Assembly (NCBI GenBank): GCA_013265495.1
Contig: MU058844.1
Location: 6,695,260-6,759,259, forward strand
Direction: 5' to 3'
Length of the DNA stretch: 64,000 nucleotides
DNA from: Vicugna vicugna
Taxonomy: Eukaryota
Shown here one piece after another: positions 12,351 through 25,605 of the stretch (positions within the stretch are counted from its first letter, which is position 1; each line of letters begins with the position of its first letter). Under the pieces are notes generated by a model. The model was not told the origin of the DNA. It was given only the letters and a program-made list of their open reading frames with translations, and ran no database searches. The translations under genes and the position numbers were made by a program.

Positions 12351-13399
12351 GACTAACTCATATCAAATAGGATGTGTGACATAGTGTTGACTATTATTTT
12401 CAACATTTTCTTATTGCATCCAGTTTTGTCATCTAGATTAACCAGACATTTTAACCAGCAGTATTTTAAATATTAAAGTGAGTATTTTTATCCACCTTCA
12501 AAATTAAATGGTCAACTATTATATTTCAGCTTTTCATTAAATATACTATTATAATTCTGATACAAACAAAGGAAACTATGAGAGAAGGGAATTTCTAGAA
12601 ATTCTATATTGATTAGAATAAGGCAGAAATTATACAAATAAAAAATTTAAGTGTTGTTTTGTGAACTGAATCATATTTCAAAAATCTTAATAACATTTCT
12701 CTCCATTTCAAGAGACGTAAAATCACTGAGTGTCATTTAAGTATCTTCCATAAGAGGGCAGTAGTGCATTTCCGTATCAGTAGAAGGTTTTCCACTATTT
12801 TCATTCACATTTTGTCCAAGTAAATTGACAGTAATAATTGGTGCTTTGGAAGAAGGTGTATATTTATGTTAAAATCTTGTTTTTATGACTTAATACTTTA
12901 TTTTTTACAACTCTATTACCATGTAACTTTAAAAGAAAATATATTTTTATAGAAATAAAATCTTTATAAAAATTTAGAAAGACCAACATAATTGATTCTT
13001 AAAAAACAAAATGTAGATAAACAATCGGTAAAAATTTTGTTTTCCTAAATTAAGGCAACCATCAAGAAAATTAACATAATATCTTGACATTCCAGTAACA
13101 ATTCTGGACGTTAAAAAATATTTTTTTTTTTAAATATAAGTAGTTAAAATATATTAGCCAATTTTCCAACATTGTTTAGACATATATTGTGTGTGTGTTT
13201 GTGTGTAGAATTCCAAAAATTATTTTAAAAAATAAATAGTACCTTTTTGAACTAGCTTAGCAAAATAAAATTATTCATATTATTTTTGTATAATATGCTC
13301 ACAAGTGTGCAGTATTTTTCATTGCTCTAAGTTTATAATTTTTTTAAGAAAAAATCTTCATGTAGTTAATGATTTGTGAGATACATACGTTCTTGAAGA

Positions 13400-14610
13400 A
13401 CATAAATAGGAAGAGTACTAATGTTAATATTAACATGAATTGAGCCTAGGACAACTCGTGGGGCTGGGAGTAAGGAAGTGTTCAAAGAATAACGGAGATG
13501 TGTCAAAGGTATTCAGCAACAACTCTGAAGAAGCTGGTACTAACTGAATATTGGAGAATTTGAGCATCAAAATAAAGAATGATAGTAACAATCATAATAC
13601 ACTGAGTAACACAGAAGTCCAAAATTCATATACACAAAAATAAATAAATAACTATATATTAAATTGAAGAGACTGTAAGTTCTTTCCATAGCATGCCACT
13701 CATGTGTAAGAGAAATGCTGGAATCGAAAATCAGCATTTGGCAACCATCATACTAGTAATTAGCTCATCCAAGAATCATGAATGGAGGCAAACACTGACG
13801 AGGAGCAGAATATTTACAGGGTCTTAAAATATACTTCTACAAAATACTTTAAAGTTATTATTAATAGGGGGGTGGGAAGCGATAGACTGGGATTTCAAAA
13901 TGTAGGATAGATAAACAAGATTATACTGTATAGCACAGGGAAATAGATACAAGATCTTATGGTAGCTCACAGAGAAAAAAATGTGACAATCAATATACAT
14001 ATGTTCATGTATAACTGAAAAATCGTGCTCTACACTGGAATTTGACACAACATTGTAAAATTATTATAAATCAATAAAAATGTTTTAAAAACGTTATTAT
14101 TAACAAACACATTAACTCTACAGTGACGAACCTTGGCACCATCCAAATGATGAAAGTTGACATCACTAGTCATATGGCAATTATCCATGGTGTACTTTCT
14201 AATACAATGTATTGAGGAGAACACAATCAATGCTAGGAAGTTACTTACTGTCCTATATCCTTTACACCCCTTCAAGTCATGAAGTACGAGAAGAATCTGA
14301 GGAACTGTTTCAGATCATAAACAGCTAACGAGACATGCCAACTAAGTGCATCATAAAGTTCTGTATTAGATCCTAGTCTTTTATAGCATATTAGTAGGAC
14401 AGTTACTGAAATCTGAACGAGGTTTGTGGATTAGATGGTAATATTGAATCAATAGTTGACCAATGGTTAATTTGCTGATTGTGACAATTTTGCTGTGGTT
14501 ATAAAAGCAAGTATTCTAATCTGGGAAAAGGGTACATGGGAGCTCTTAATATTCTCTGGCAACCTTTATATATATTTGAAATTATGTTAAAATCAAAAGT
14601 TAAAACAAAA
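13400..14610 (+). mobile_element. Old L1MC-like 3' region, interrupted by a younger L1
   Basis: gaatcgaaaatcagcatttggcaaccatcatactagtaat, gagacatgccaactaagtgca and catgggagctcttaatattctctggcaacctt. Confidence 0.65.
13865..14092 (+). mobile_element. Young 5'-truncated L1 3' end (camelid-type) with target-site duplication
   Basis: L1 3' UTR (gatagactgggatttcaaa...atactgtatagcacaggga...tgacacaacattgtaaa) with AATAAA 14073-14078 and an A-rich tail. TSD gttattattaa at 13854-13864 and 14093-14103. Confidence 0.85.
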
Positions 14611-14659
14611 CAGAACAAAAAACACCAGGGAAGACTGTACTAGGAAAAAACAGTAAACA

Positions 14660-15110
14660 CCAAGGCACTAAAACAGAGAAGGGGGCAAAGACAGAAGGGC
14701 TGGGTGCTGAGCACAGTGAGGGCAGGGGTGTGGTATGTATCAGGTGAGTCTTGAGAAGGGGACAGGAGCTGTATCATGCAGGGCTTTGCTGTCCAAAGGT
14801 ATTTGGGTTTTATCATAAAAGAAAGGAAATGTCCTAAAAGTTGTATAACTGGTAACTGACATGACCTGATTTATGTTTTAAAAACTGTATTGTGTATGCT
14901 GATTGTAAATTGGATTGGTGGTGGCGAGCTGGAGAGAAAGAAATGTAGAAGCAGGAATGAGGAGACAGTTTCTTGGGAGATGATGATTGCTTAGCCAGTG
15001 TGACTGTAAGATGAAAAGGAGTAGAGAGAGTTGAGATGTATTTTGGAGTTAGAACCTACACCTACAGGCTGATGGACTGAACGAAGGGATTAAGAATGAC
15101 TCAGGTTCTC
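14660..15110 (-). mobile_element. L2 fragment
   Basis: atcatgcagggctttg...tgacatgacctgatttatgttttaaaaa...gagatgtattttggagttagaacctac, typical of antisense L2. Confidence 0.7.
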
Positions 15111-16685
15111 TGTAAGATTAGGGCACAAGTAAATTATACTCTTTGGTATGTTCCAAGGTACATGCATAGTATAAGATCTTGCACAGATGAAATATTTACT
15201 GTATATTATATAGCTGTTGATTGATAATTTTTATATCATCTGAAAATACTTAGGTGGACATAATTATAGAATAATGCTTCCATAGTGAATGTGTTATGAA
15301 GAAATTATGCAGGCTTGTACTTTGAAGCACTTTTAAGTGATAATGTAAGCTATCAGTGTGATTACTGCTATTATTCTATCACATTTTAGATAATTTGATA
15401 ACAACTTCATAATGGTTCAGAACTCTCATTCCTTAGTTGCTAGCCAATGGTTCATAGAATTATAATACTGTAGCATTAAAAGTAATTTCAGAAGTGACTA
15501 TTAGACACTACTGCACCACTAAAAGTAATTTTAGAAGTCATTACTAGAATCCGAAAGCAATACTCTATTTCAGGGTTTCCTGACAAATGTTCATCTGATC
15601 GTTTTCTAAGGATCCCTGGGATCTAGAAAGACTTTGCATTGGTTTCAAAGACAAATCAACAAATACTGATCTGTGCTGCCTTCTCTTTTGCTTCTTCTCT
15701 CTGCTTCATCTGTCTCCATCACACCATTTACAGGGGGAAAAGTATGGGTCAGAATGGTGTATTATTCAGAGGTGATTCTAGATTAGTGTTACAGGAAAGA
15801 CATCCTAATGCATAACAAGAGGCTTTTCCAAACTTTGCAAGGGCAGAGGATGTGATGGTTAAGAAAGATACTTTCAGGAAATGCAGAAATAAAGGTAGAA
15901 CAGGGAAATCATCACCAATGGCCTTAACTGCCTGCAGTACCAGTGCAATGAAAAGCAAAGTGAGAAATCTGGGCATCTTTAATCAGGATGACCCAGAGAT
16001 TTTTATCAGGATGGCAAAGTTAGTTTGGTCAGTTTTGTTATACTTCAGAATAACTTTATGGGGAACAAATAGTGAAATTTCAAACCCAAAGTCATTAGTC
16101 TATTTGATCATTTAGTTCAGAGGCAGCACTTGGTTTAAAGCCAATTTATATAATTAACTAGGTAGATAAATTTTTTTCAGTTGCCAAATATGCATGGATC
16201 ACTTAAATGTGTCAGAAACTGTCTTAGGTTTGGGGGACACAAAAATTAGTAGTTAATGATCTTGGTCCACTAGACATTCCATCTACCCTTTGCTTACTGT
16301 CAGGATCTGAGCTGGTTAAAGTTCTTTACCTGGTAGTGATCTAAAGATTCTCTCCTGAGGGGTCTGAATTATGAGTGGACCTGCCTCGTTTATTTGCCTG
16401 TTTGATGACTTGTTCGTTCTTAGGTTTGTTTTGCTCTAATTTTCAATTAGCTTTACTGATTGGAATGGAAGTGATTGGAGGAGCCCTTGGAGAATTGCAG
16501 AGGTTCCAGACAGTTTCCTTTTCCCACTGTATAGCAGCAACCACAATTTATCCTGGTTAATTAGAATCTATCACTCTGGCCAATACACTACTATCCTCTT
16601 TGCCTTTTGCTGAATGGCATGAGGACTGCAAAATGGCCAAGTGCAAAATAGCAAGGTACGGTTTCAAGTTCAAGTACTAGAAAAG

Positions 16686-16845
16686 CAGTGGTGTCCTGGA
16701 GCAGGTGCATCTTGGCTCCCAAGAACTAATTATGTGCGTCATTTCTCAGCTCTGCTTCTGTGAAATCATCTTGGAAGCCTGAAATCAGCTTTTGTAAGTA
16801 TTACAGCACAGAAATCAGCAAATGCTACAAGTCAGGGCTTGACAT
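16686..16845 (+). mobile_element. MER63-like hAT (Blackjack) MITE
   Basis: Starts cagtggtgtcctggagc and contains gcctgaaatcagc...cacagaaatcagcaaatgctacaagtcagggctt. Confidence 0.75.
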
Positions 16846-17276
16846 CAACTATGGCTTCACAGTTCATTACAAAAACAAGCGCTGTAGCAGCTACGCATGT
16901 TTTCCTGAGCATGCTGTGAGTGTGTGTGTGAGACAGAGTACCAATTACTTTGTCCACCTATTCTCACCTTTATTATTTTATTAAGGATTGTCATGAGCAG
17001 TTAACTTTATAATTTAGTCTTTAGATTATAGAACATTTAGGTGGGGCCATGACTGAATATGGGGAATAATTAAAAGTATCCAGAGATGGATTCTATAACT
17101 GATGGGATTTTTGCATTGCACTTTTTAGGGAGTAGATGAGAGGACATCTTCATGTGTATAACTGAATACTTTTAGGTGAAAGCATAAAACTGTTATTGTC
17201 CTTACATGGTGTTCTAATATATACTCGAATAAGAGTGTATACAGGGGATGAGTAGCAGCAGGGATCCGCCATGCTT

Positions 17277-17870
17277 GTAATTAATCTGTTTTCTCTCACC
17301 TCCAAATTCACACTTCTATTCTCTGCTGTGTGATTCTAGTGTTGTTCTGACAGTTCTGCCCCAGCAATAGGTCCTCACTCTGGGAACAGCACTCAGTTCT
17401 AGTTTTCAGCTTTTTTTTTTTTTTTTAACTTTTGAACATTTCCCCAAACAGCTTCATTATGTTTCCTTAGAGGTCCCTCAGTGGAGAGTACAAGTCTCTC
17501 TCTAGAGAGCTGGGTTCCATCTCTCTAAGCACTGGCTCTGAGTTCGTGAGGTACCAGCATCAGCAGGAAGCATCTTCTATTTCAATGTCTAGGTCCTAGC
17601 TCTGCTGAGCCCCTCCTCCAGGCCAGTTGGTCTACTTCCTTTCTAAGAAGACTGAGCTTCACAGAGTTCCACCTTCAAGCTTGTAGGTTTTAATCCCCTC
17701 AATCTCTTGCCCTCTTCTCCTGCTTAATAATGATAGCTGCTTTCTCCATTTACTACCTTTGTGATCTCTTTTTAAAAAAAATCTTTTGAGCCCACCGATT
17801 CTTCCTTAACCAATTATCCGTATTAAATTCTTGCTATTAAAATAATTAATGTGGTTTCTGTTTTCTTAAA
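17277..17870 (+). mobile_element. ERVL-class LTR (LTR41/LTR33-like)
   Basis: Begins tctctcacctccaaattcacacttctattctctgct and ends tattaaattcttgctattaaaataattaatgtggtttctgttttc. Termini resemble those of 38253-39045. Confidence 0.6.
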
Positions 17871-20800
17871 TCAACTTTTATTACTAAATGCCCACCATCA
17901 ACCAACACACCTCTGGAAAAATATTGGACATACATGATTGAAAATGTTTTTTAAATTTCACTCATTCGTTCTTAACTCATGCAAAATGGAAGAGCAAGTC
18001 ATTACTTCTACATACCATACATCTTTCTGTTGTACAAGTTTATGGTGTGCCCAGAGGTGTCAGACAGTAACCAGAGGCAATAGTGACCAAAAGAATATGA
18101 AAGGCATTTGCAATTGAATATACTGCTCAGTATAATCAAGCTTTATGACTAGAGAAAGAACATGATTATAGAACTAAAGAAATTGAAGAAGCAGATGACT
18201 AAAGAAAGGAGATAAAGAGATGGAAACAGACAAAATGGAGATAAAAAGGAGAGTGATTCCCAGATTTTTCAGAATAATTCCAAAAGCTATGATGAAGAAC
18301 AATATAAAATAAACATTTAATATACTTTACCACGCTACCATATAGTAGCACCACCACTTCACAAAGATTTTAATACAAATGTAGGAACAACACAGTATCA
18401 GAATCAAAGTCAGTCTTTTGCTATAAAAGTCAGTAACGTACTATCAACACATGCAGACGTGCGACAGGCATTCCTCAAAAGATCATGCCCTCCTACTGTA
18501 TTTGGGAGTGAAAGTAGTTACAGCTTCAGCTAACAAAATTAGCTGAAAGCAGATATCTTTAGTGCCCCTTCCCAATTCTCCCACTTCTGAAATGAACTCC
18601 CCACTCCCTGAAACTTCTTCACTGATTACAGTCTAACGATTCAGGACCATTCCCTTCCCAGAATAATGTTACAATATTTTCAGCAAAAATGTTGATATGC
18701 AAAAGGTCAAACTTTGCTATGTTCTATCTTTGTATTCCCCCATCAGAGCCCATGTGTTTATCAGACTTTACTGAGAAATCAGGGGTTAATTAGGAAATTT
18801 AAGTATGTAAGAAAAAAAATCCTAAAACTGCACACTGAACACACTTTCTTCCAGTTCAATGTGGGAAAAAAAAAAACTTTAGAAGGTCACAAAAAAAGAG
18901 AGAAAGATATAATAAATCTTCATGTATTAAAGTCACTCAACTTGAATAATTTTAAAGGATTAGCTAACCTTGTTTAATCTATTTCACAACTGGGTTTTTT
19001 TTTTTCTGGAATATTTCAAAGCAAGTCTCGGACAGCATATAATTTTAACTTGGTCCTTCTAAGATAAACAAAGGTTGCTCGAAGGCAGAGACCCATCTAC
19101 TATGCCTCTTATTATTTACCCCCAAATGGTATGAAACACATTTAGGTTCTATCCTCACAGGTTTCATCCCTCAGTCCTGATTCAAACGACTCCTCTTCCT
19201 TCTCCTTTTCTAAAACTCAGAACAGTCCTGAACTTACCCAGAGGGTTTTGCTTACAATGCGTGACTGCTGCAAAGCAGAGAGGAATTTTGGCCATTTTTA
19301 TTACTTCTTCTTGGGCAGAAACAATGGATCATGATAAAAGGCAATCATAATTCTATTAACTTCCTTTGGGGTGGGTTCAAGGAACAAGTGGTCCCTCTCC
19401 ATTCTTTAAGAACAGTATTAAAATCTCAAGGAACCATGTTGCTTGTATTGGTTAATTTATCTTTTTGGCTAAAGTTAATGCAGATATTAAGGTCAATTGT
19501 TAACAAACAAATATTCCTAATCTCATCTAATCTCATGAACACATGAGAATAAAGGAAAAATGTCTTTTTACGATGAATATTAGGAAAATTTTCATGCTAT
19601 TATAAACTAATTAAGGAAGAGATTTTTCAGAAGAATCCAGTTTCCCATGGACTCCTGGAACCTAGTCATGCTCCCCTCTGTCAAAACCTGTTTCTTTTTC
19701 CATTTCCCGAGAGGCATTTCTCTTTGGGCTCCATCCACTGCCTGCCTCCTTAGATAACTCCACTCAGAACTGCAGAGTCTAGTCTCATTCTAGAATCAGT
19801 TATTTCCTTCCACTAGAACAATCTAGGGGACACAATAAAAGGACTTGAGTAAATGTCACAGGTCTGTTGTTCTGTTTAAAACAAACTGTGAAGAGGCCTT
19901 AACAGAACTGTTGTGGATGAGACACGGGAATTTAGCTGTAGTTCAGAGGTCTCGGTCAGAGATTTTCAGTATCCTCTGAGGACTCTCCACCAGGATATAT
20001 TGAATTTATGTGATTGTTGCTGGAACATTTGCGTAAAATGTTTACATGCACGTATACCCCGACAAATAATAATTCAAGGTCTGGGTGGACCAGATTGATT
20101 TTAAACACACTATATTCTCTCTAGGTAATCTGCCTATCACGTAGATACCAAAGTCTTATCACTCGTGCCTGTGATCCTCTTCCCAATTCTGAAACCATAT
20201 GCAGAGGACTATGGACAAATGAGAAAGAGTGCTAATTGCTGCGCATTTTCCAAGTGCTGTGTTTTGTGGGTATCCTCTTCCACCAAGTCTTTTTAGAAGA
20301 AAAAATACATTTACTTACCTTAAATTAGACGGAAGCAAATGGCTGTCAGTGAACGGGGTGAAACAAAGACTTCTTATCCTCCTGTCCATCGCAATCAGTT
20401 CCCTGGTGGGTGAAAAACAGGGGAAGGGAATAGAGTGGTGTCTCAGTTATATCTTCACTGCCTGATCTTTATTTTCCTATCTTATTGTGGGCCAGGGGAG
20501 ACTTCCTGTTAGACTGAGGAAAATATGAAAGATTTGCTCCCAGTGTTAAAATTAGATGTGTGATGATATGATAAATGTTAATTTCTGAATATAAAGGTCT
20601 TTAATAAATATTAATTTATGCCTTTATAATGGTAGTATTCAAATGTTACTGTGATTAAAATGACTTAGGAAGCTTATTTACATTACTGCTTACTAGTCCT
20701 CAGAAATTCTGATTTAATAACTCTGGGAAGGACTCAGTGATCAGCATTACTTTGAATGGATATTTTTGAGCATCTGGATACAAAAGATCTGTATCATTTA

Positions 20801-22833
20801 CTGTGAGAAATATTCTTCCACAGAGTTTAAATACATGAGTAGTGAATGTATGTCATATTCCATTAATTCAGATGCACAAATTATTTCACTTTACCAAATG
20901 CTCTTAGCTCCAGCATACTGTGAAACACCTGTGTCTAAAGAATCTGGCTTCCTTAGATTCACCACACAGCCTTTCTTTATCTCTTTCCCATCACAAAGAC
21001 ACTCTCTTTGCTTCCTTTCTTCCTCAAGCTCTCAATTTCTACACTCTCCATGAACCAACATTTCTGTGTGAGAGAAGAGAAGGATAGGCAGGCTGCAAGG
21101 AATTTCTGCTTAGCTTTTGAGGCAGAGGAGCCCAAAGTCATGATGTGGTAAAGGGAAATTTACAAGAATGAAAATGCACAGATTATCAACTCAATAAATT
21201 ACCATGCCACTGGGTAGATCTACTGGTATCGATATTTGTGATCTTCACAACATTCATTCCACTGACCATTGCCATTTGGTATATTTTTGATTTTTGTTCT
21301 AATTTTGAAAGTAAATATACATTATAGAAACTTGGAAAATACTGATAAATGATGAAAGTAAATAAAATCACCCATAATACCACAAAGCAGAAAATAATCT
21401 GGAAAAGTTTTTAACAAACTTTTTCTAAACAGTCCTAAAATCTTTACAGCAAACACTTTATTCCTTATTTCCCAAGCCATCTCATAAGAAAGGCTAGTAA
21501 GAATAAACATGATATAATGGAGTGTGGAATATAATAATAGCAGAGATATATATTTGAGGTTTCTTCTGGCCTGAAATCATTCTGTTTACCACAGAACACT
21601 GGCACGAAAGCCCAGCTGCACATAGTGGTCAATATGGTTGATCTTTGAGATAAGAAATGGCTTAAAGTAAGTTAGATTTAATAGTTTACAGGGGAAAAAA
21701 TAAACAGGCTAATTTACCTAAATCTTCAACTAATAACAGCACTTAAATATAATATTGGTAGATTTTTTAGTCAATCCTTAGATATTACTGGTTTTTGTTT
21801 TCATTGTTGTTATTGGTTGGCTTATTGTCTCCTTAACATGATCCTGTATATTATTTGCATTTTGGGCATAGATCTTAAATCCATACATTTAGACTAGCTC
21901 CATCCAACTCAGTTGAGGTAGAATCTCCAGAGATTAAATTCTGAATTCTTCATTCTTATTAAATAGCATGATGAGTCTAGTGTGTGGCCAAGTTTGGAAC
22001 TATTGAAAACAGAACAAAAAAGATGAGGGTATCCCTAAGAAGTTACATTCCTTTAAAAATAGTTTTCAAAATATTTGAATTTCCTTCCAGGATTTTTTTT
22101 CCCAGACTCAAATTTATATTTTTCTAATCTTGCAAAGGCTCCATTTTATAGAGAGCTTTGATAATACTGTTTAGAATTGCTAAAATAAGTCATCATTAAT
22201 TAGTTTCTTATTGCTCCAATTTCCAGGCAACTGGGAAAACAGATACAATCCATGTTTTTCTTTTACCAACACAATTTGATAGAATTTTTTTTTTTGGCCT
22301 GAATTATTCAAAATATTTTAATACCACATTGAAAACTGCTCATTTTTTTCTAATTTCTGCTCTAATGACTGTGTCTTAGACTTTCAGATGGCTTTTGTTA
22401 AAATAGGGCAATTTAACTTAACTACATGAACAATTTCTGTAGTATTAAGAATGCAACAGTGGCGTTTCCTTTTGAATCCTAAGGATGCCAATAGATTAAA
22501 TTACAGGTGTTATGCCTTCTCTTCCTCCTTTCATGCCTCTTATACTACTAGATCTTCAGAATATGTGAAAGGGACTAGAGAAGGGAGTTTTTTCAGTAAT
22601 GTGCACATTTAGATGGAAGATTTGTTCATAAATGGTCTTCTGATGAGCAATCAAACTTTTGTCCTTCTGAATTCACAGAATTGTAGTGTAGCTGAAATGA
22701 AAAACTGTACATGAAATCTATGAATAATTTTCCAATAACACTTTACACGCAGTATAGTTTATCTGATGAAGGTTTAAGTCAAGTTTAGACTTAGATGACA
22801 CAGGCCAATTGTTAAAATTTGCGGCAGTGCTGG

Positions 22834-22879
22834 AGTAAGTAAAACACTTTGATGTTCCCTGAAAAGTGTTTTACTTACT
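22834..22879. repeat. Perfect 17-bp inverted repeat with 12-nt spacer
   Basis: agtaagtaaaacacttt (22834-22850) is the exact reverse complement of aaagtgttttacttact (22863-22879). Confidence 0.95.
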
Positions 22880-23574
22880 TTGCTCTCCTGAACAAATGAC
22901 TTGTTTTGCTGATTTGTGGCTCAGTTGATGATCTTTCACTGTTAGAGGTAACCCTACCAAAGAGTGATATTCTTTAGTGTACCATACAGAATTGGGCTAA
23001 ATATCATTTAACGAATCAGCCTTGCTCTTTTTCAAATGAAATTTCCCCCATGTCATAAAGCATGAAGTCTTCATGATGAACTCTTAATGATGAAACACAT
23101 TCAGCTTCATTCAGCATCAAAATTAGATATTAAATATATTAACCAGTTTTTCCACTGGCTGCCAATGCAGAAAAACCAAAAATGAATCATTGAGAATGGC
23201 TTCAGTCACCATCAACCACAGCCAATATCGCAGGTTGCTATTTCTGCAATATATTCACTTTCAAATGTGGTGTTTGATTCCGAATTATAAATCTTCTTTG
23301 CCATGAACCTAAAGAGAAAAATATACTCTGATATATTTATTTTGTTCCTTGATTGTGGTTTTGGAGATTGTGAGATATTACCCTGACAGCTGTGGAAATT
23401 ACTGTGGGAATAATTATATATGGTTTTGAAGTATATTGTTTTCTTGAATATGTTACTGCATATAACACAGTATATATATGTATATATGTATGCACATATA
23501 TGAAGAAGGAAACTTACTTTTCTTCCAATTTATTTTTTAATTAAAAATATTTTATTTCAATTATAGGCTCTTTT

Positions 23575-23707
23575 TAAAAAAATTTTGGTTGGGGGGGAAG
23601 TAATTAGGTTTATTTGTTTGCTTATTTTTTAATGGAGGTACAGGGGATTGAACCCGGGACCTTGTGCATGCTAACTATTCACTCTACCACTGAGCTACAC
23701 CCTCCCC
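23575..23707 (-). mobile_element. tRNA-derived SINE, camelid Vic-1-like, full length
   Basis: Minus strand reads ggggagggtgTAGCTCAGTGGtagag...cccgGGTTCAATCCcctgtacctcca, then an A-rich region, cctaattacttcccccccc and an A tail. A box 23687-23697, B box 23645-23654. Degenerate TSD taggctctttt / taggtcttatt. Confidence 0.85.
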
Positions 23708-24279
23708 TAGGTCTTATTTATTCTTGAAAAGTTACATAGAGAAAGAAATTCTGAACGCATAACTAATACCCATGTCGACTCATTAAAAATAAAGCCAAAA
23801 AAAAGAAAAATAAAACTTACATTTCCAGACCCTGTTTACCAGACCCTGAAAATGCATCCCCTAAATTTTTTTTGTATAAATTTAATCATTTTCTAGTTTC
23901 AAATTTTCAGAAGAGCCTACTCATACCTCTAAGATGGGAGAAATGGAATTTTCAATTTCAAGAATGCTTCAGAAAAACTTTTTTAAAAAGTTTCACCAAT
24001 GAATTAATGAATAATTATATTATTATGATGTCAAATTACATAGAATTAGCATGATAGAGTTTTGGCCACATGCATTATTTTACAAATTGGTTCCAGGTTA
24101 TAAAAATACTGTGAGAAAATAGGACAGATTTACACAGTAAGTCCCAAGAAGAGATTCTGTTGGGGAGAAGCATATTTTATTACATTGGCCTACGTTTACT
24201 TCCCTCGAAGAAACAAGTTTGAGTACTTGGGCGTATCTACACAGACTAGCTGTATAAAAGAAGGACTGTGGCAGTGATT

Positions 24280-24615
24280 TAGAGCTGTGAATCTCAAAGT
24301 TGAATGTGCATGCCTATCTCTCGGGGAATTTAAAGAATCTGATTCCACAGTTCTCGGATGAGGTCTAAGATTCTCCATTTCTAACAAGGTACCAGATAAC
24401 ACTCCTTTGCTCAGACCACACACTGAATAGCTAGGATTTAGGGCAGTGGATCCTATGTCTGACTGCCCATCAAAGTCACCTTGGGGAGATTTTAACCAAA
24501 AGAGAGGCCTGTGCCATAATCCAGATCCAAATCCAGGTTACCCAGTAGGTCTCTGACGTGTGTTCAGTTAATAAGCTCCATGCATGATTCTGACTCACTG
24601 GCTTAGACTAGTGTG
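24280..24615. mobile_element. Two adjacent MER5-like hAT-Charlie MITEs
   Basis: gaatctgattccacagttctcggatgaggtctaagattctccatttctaacaag...gaccacacactgaatagc, then ggcagtggatcct...aagctccatgcatgattctga. Confidence 0.7.
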
Positions 24616-24934
24616 CTGAGAGTGTATGTAGGGGTACGTGTGTGTTCGGGAGGAGTGTGGAAGGGGTTCTCAGGTGGAAGTATTTTATAGATCAAGAAAG
24701 AGATGGAGAGCTTTATTCTGAGCAGGTGTACCACTTGCTCTCAAAGCTTCTTTCCTCCCAGAGAAGCACAAATTGGTGAGGCAAAAAATTGACACATAGT
24801 CACAGACTCATTATTCAGAACGAAACCCAGAGACCTCTGAAATCAATTCCTAATTCTCTTCCCTTTCCAAACTCTGCTCCTGTCATAAGTGGCGTCTTGG
24901 TTGTTTCTGAAAATCCCTAAGCAAACCACCCCCA

Positions 24935-25605
24935 AATCTTGCACTAGATACCTCCTCACTCTGGCATACTCTGCCCTCAAACGTCCCATGCAGATTTCTT
25001 ATCTCTTTCAAGTATTTGATCAAACACGGTCTCCTCAATAAGCCTCCTGCCAGCCTGTTCAGATGCCAACTTTCCACTCGTTCTGATCTTCCTTATTTGC
25101 TTCACTTTTCCTATCGCACATATCATGTTCTGTCATTATCATTTATTATGTTTACCGGTCTTTTGTTTGTTTTGGTTCTCACTCCTCTTCACCATCACTA
25201 GAAGGTAGTGATGTAGGGAAGTTGTTGACAGATCTTGCCAAACTGCTAGAAAAATTCCTATTCCATACTATGTGTTTTGTAAATGAATGAATGCATATAA
25301 ATCCAGGTGTCACTTCAGAGAGGTCTTCCATGCCTCAGTAAAAGAAATGGCCACCTCCGAACTTGTCATCTTCATCCCTTTTTCATATAGCAGCCTATTA
25401 TTTGACCTTATTATATATTCCTTACACTTTCTCTCTCGCCTAACCTCCTCCTCTCTCTCCACACACATACACGTACATATTTTTGTTTTTGAGTTTATTA
25501 TTAGAACACAAATTCTTTAAGGATAGTGGCAGTATTTCAGAGGTATGTACTCAGCAAATATAACACCTCCTAGCATAGAGTAGATGGGTAGTAAATACTA
25601 GTTGA
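24935..25605 (+). mobile_element. L2 3' fragments
   Basis: L2-like body ending gtaaatgaatgaatg (~25290), plus a second L2-like end at ~25600. Confidence 0.6.

Noticed and set aside
12589..12604. 16-bp perfect palindrome gaatttctagaaattc as a heat-shock element
   Set aside because: The outer GAA/TTC units are spaced by 1 nt, not 2. An AT-rich palindrome of this size is plausible by chance in 64 kb.
22636..22800. CTGATGA motifs suggesting a hammerhead ribozyme core
   Set aside because: No stem II followed by GAAA and no stem I/III pairing found at either occurrence.
23070..23335. ATGATGA (C-box) motifs suggesting a C/D snoRNA
   Set aside because: No suitably spaced D box with a terminal stem and no evident host intron.
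23636..23707. tRNA-Ala-like gene
   Set aside because: Degenerate anticodon arm, SINE tail and TSD show it is a SINE, not a tRNA gene.
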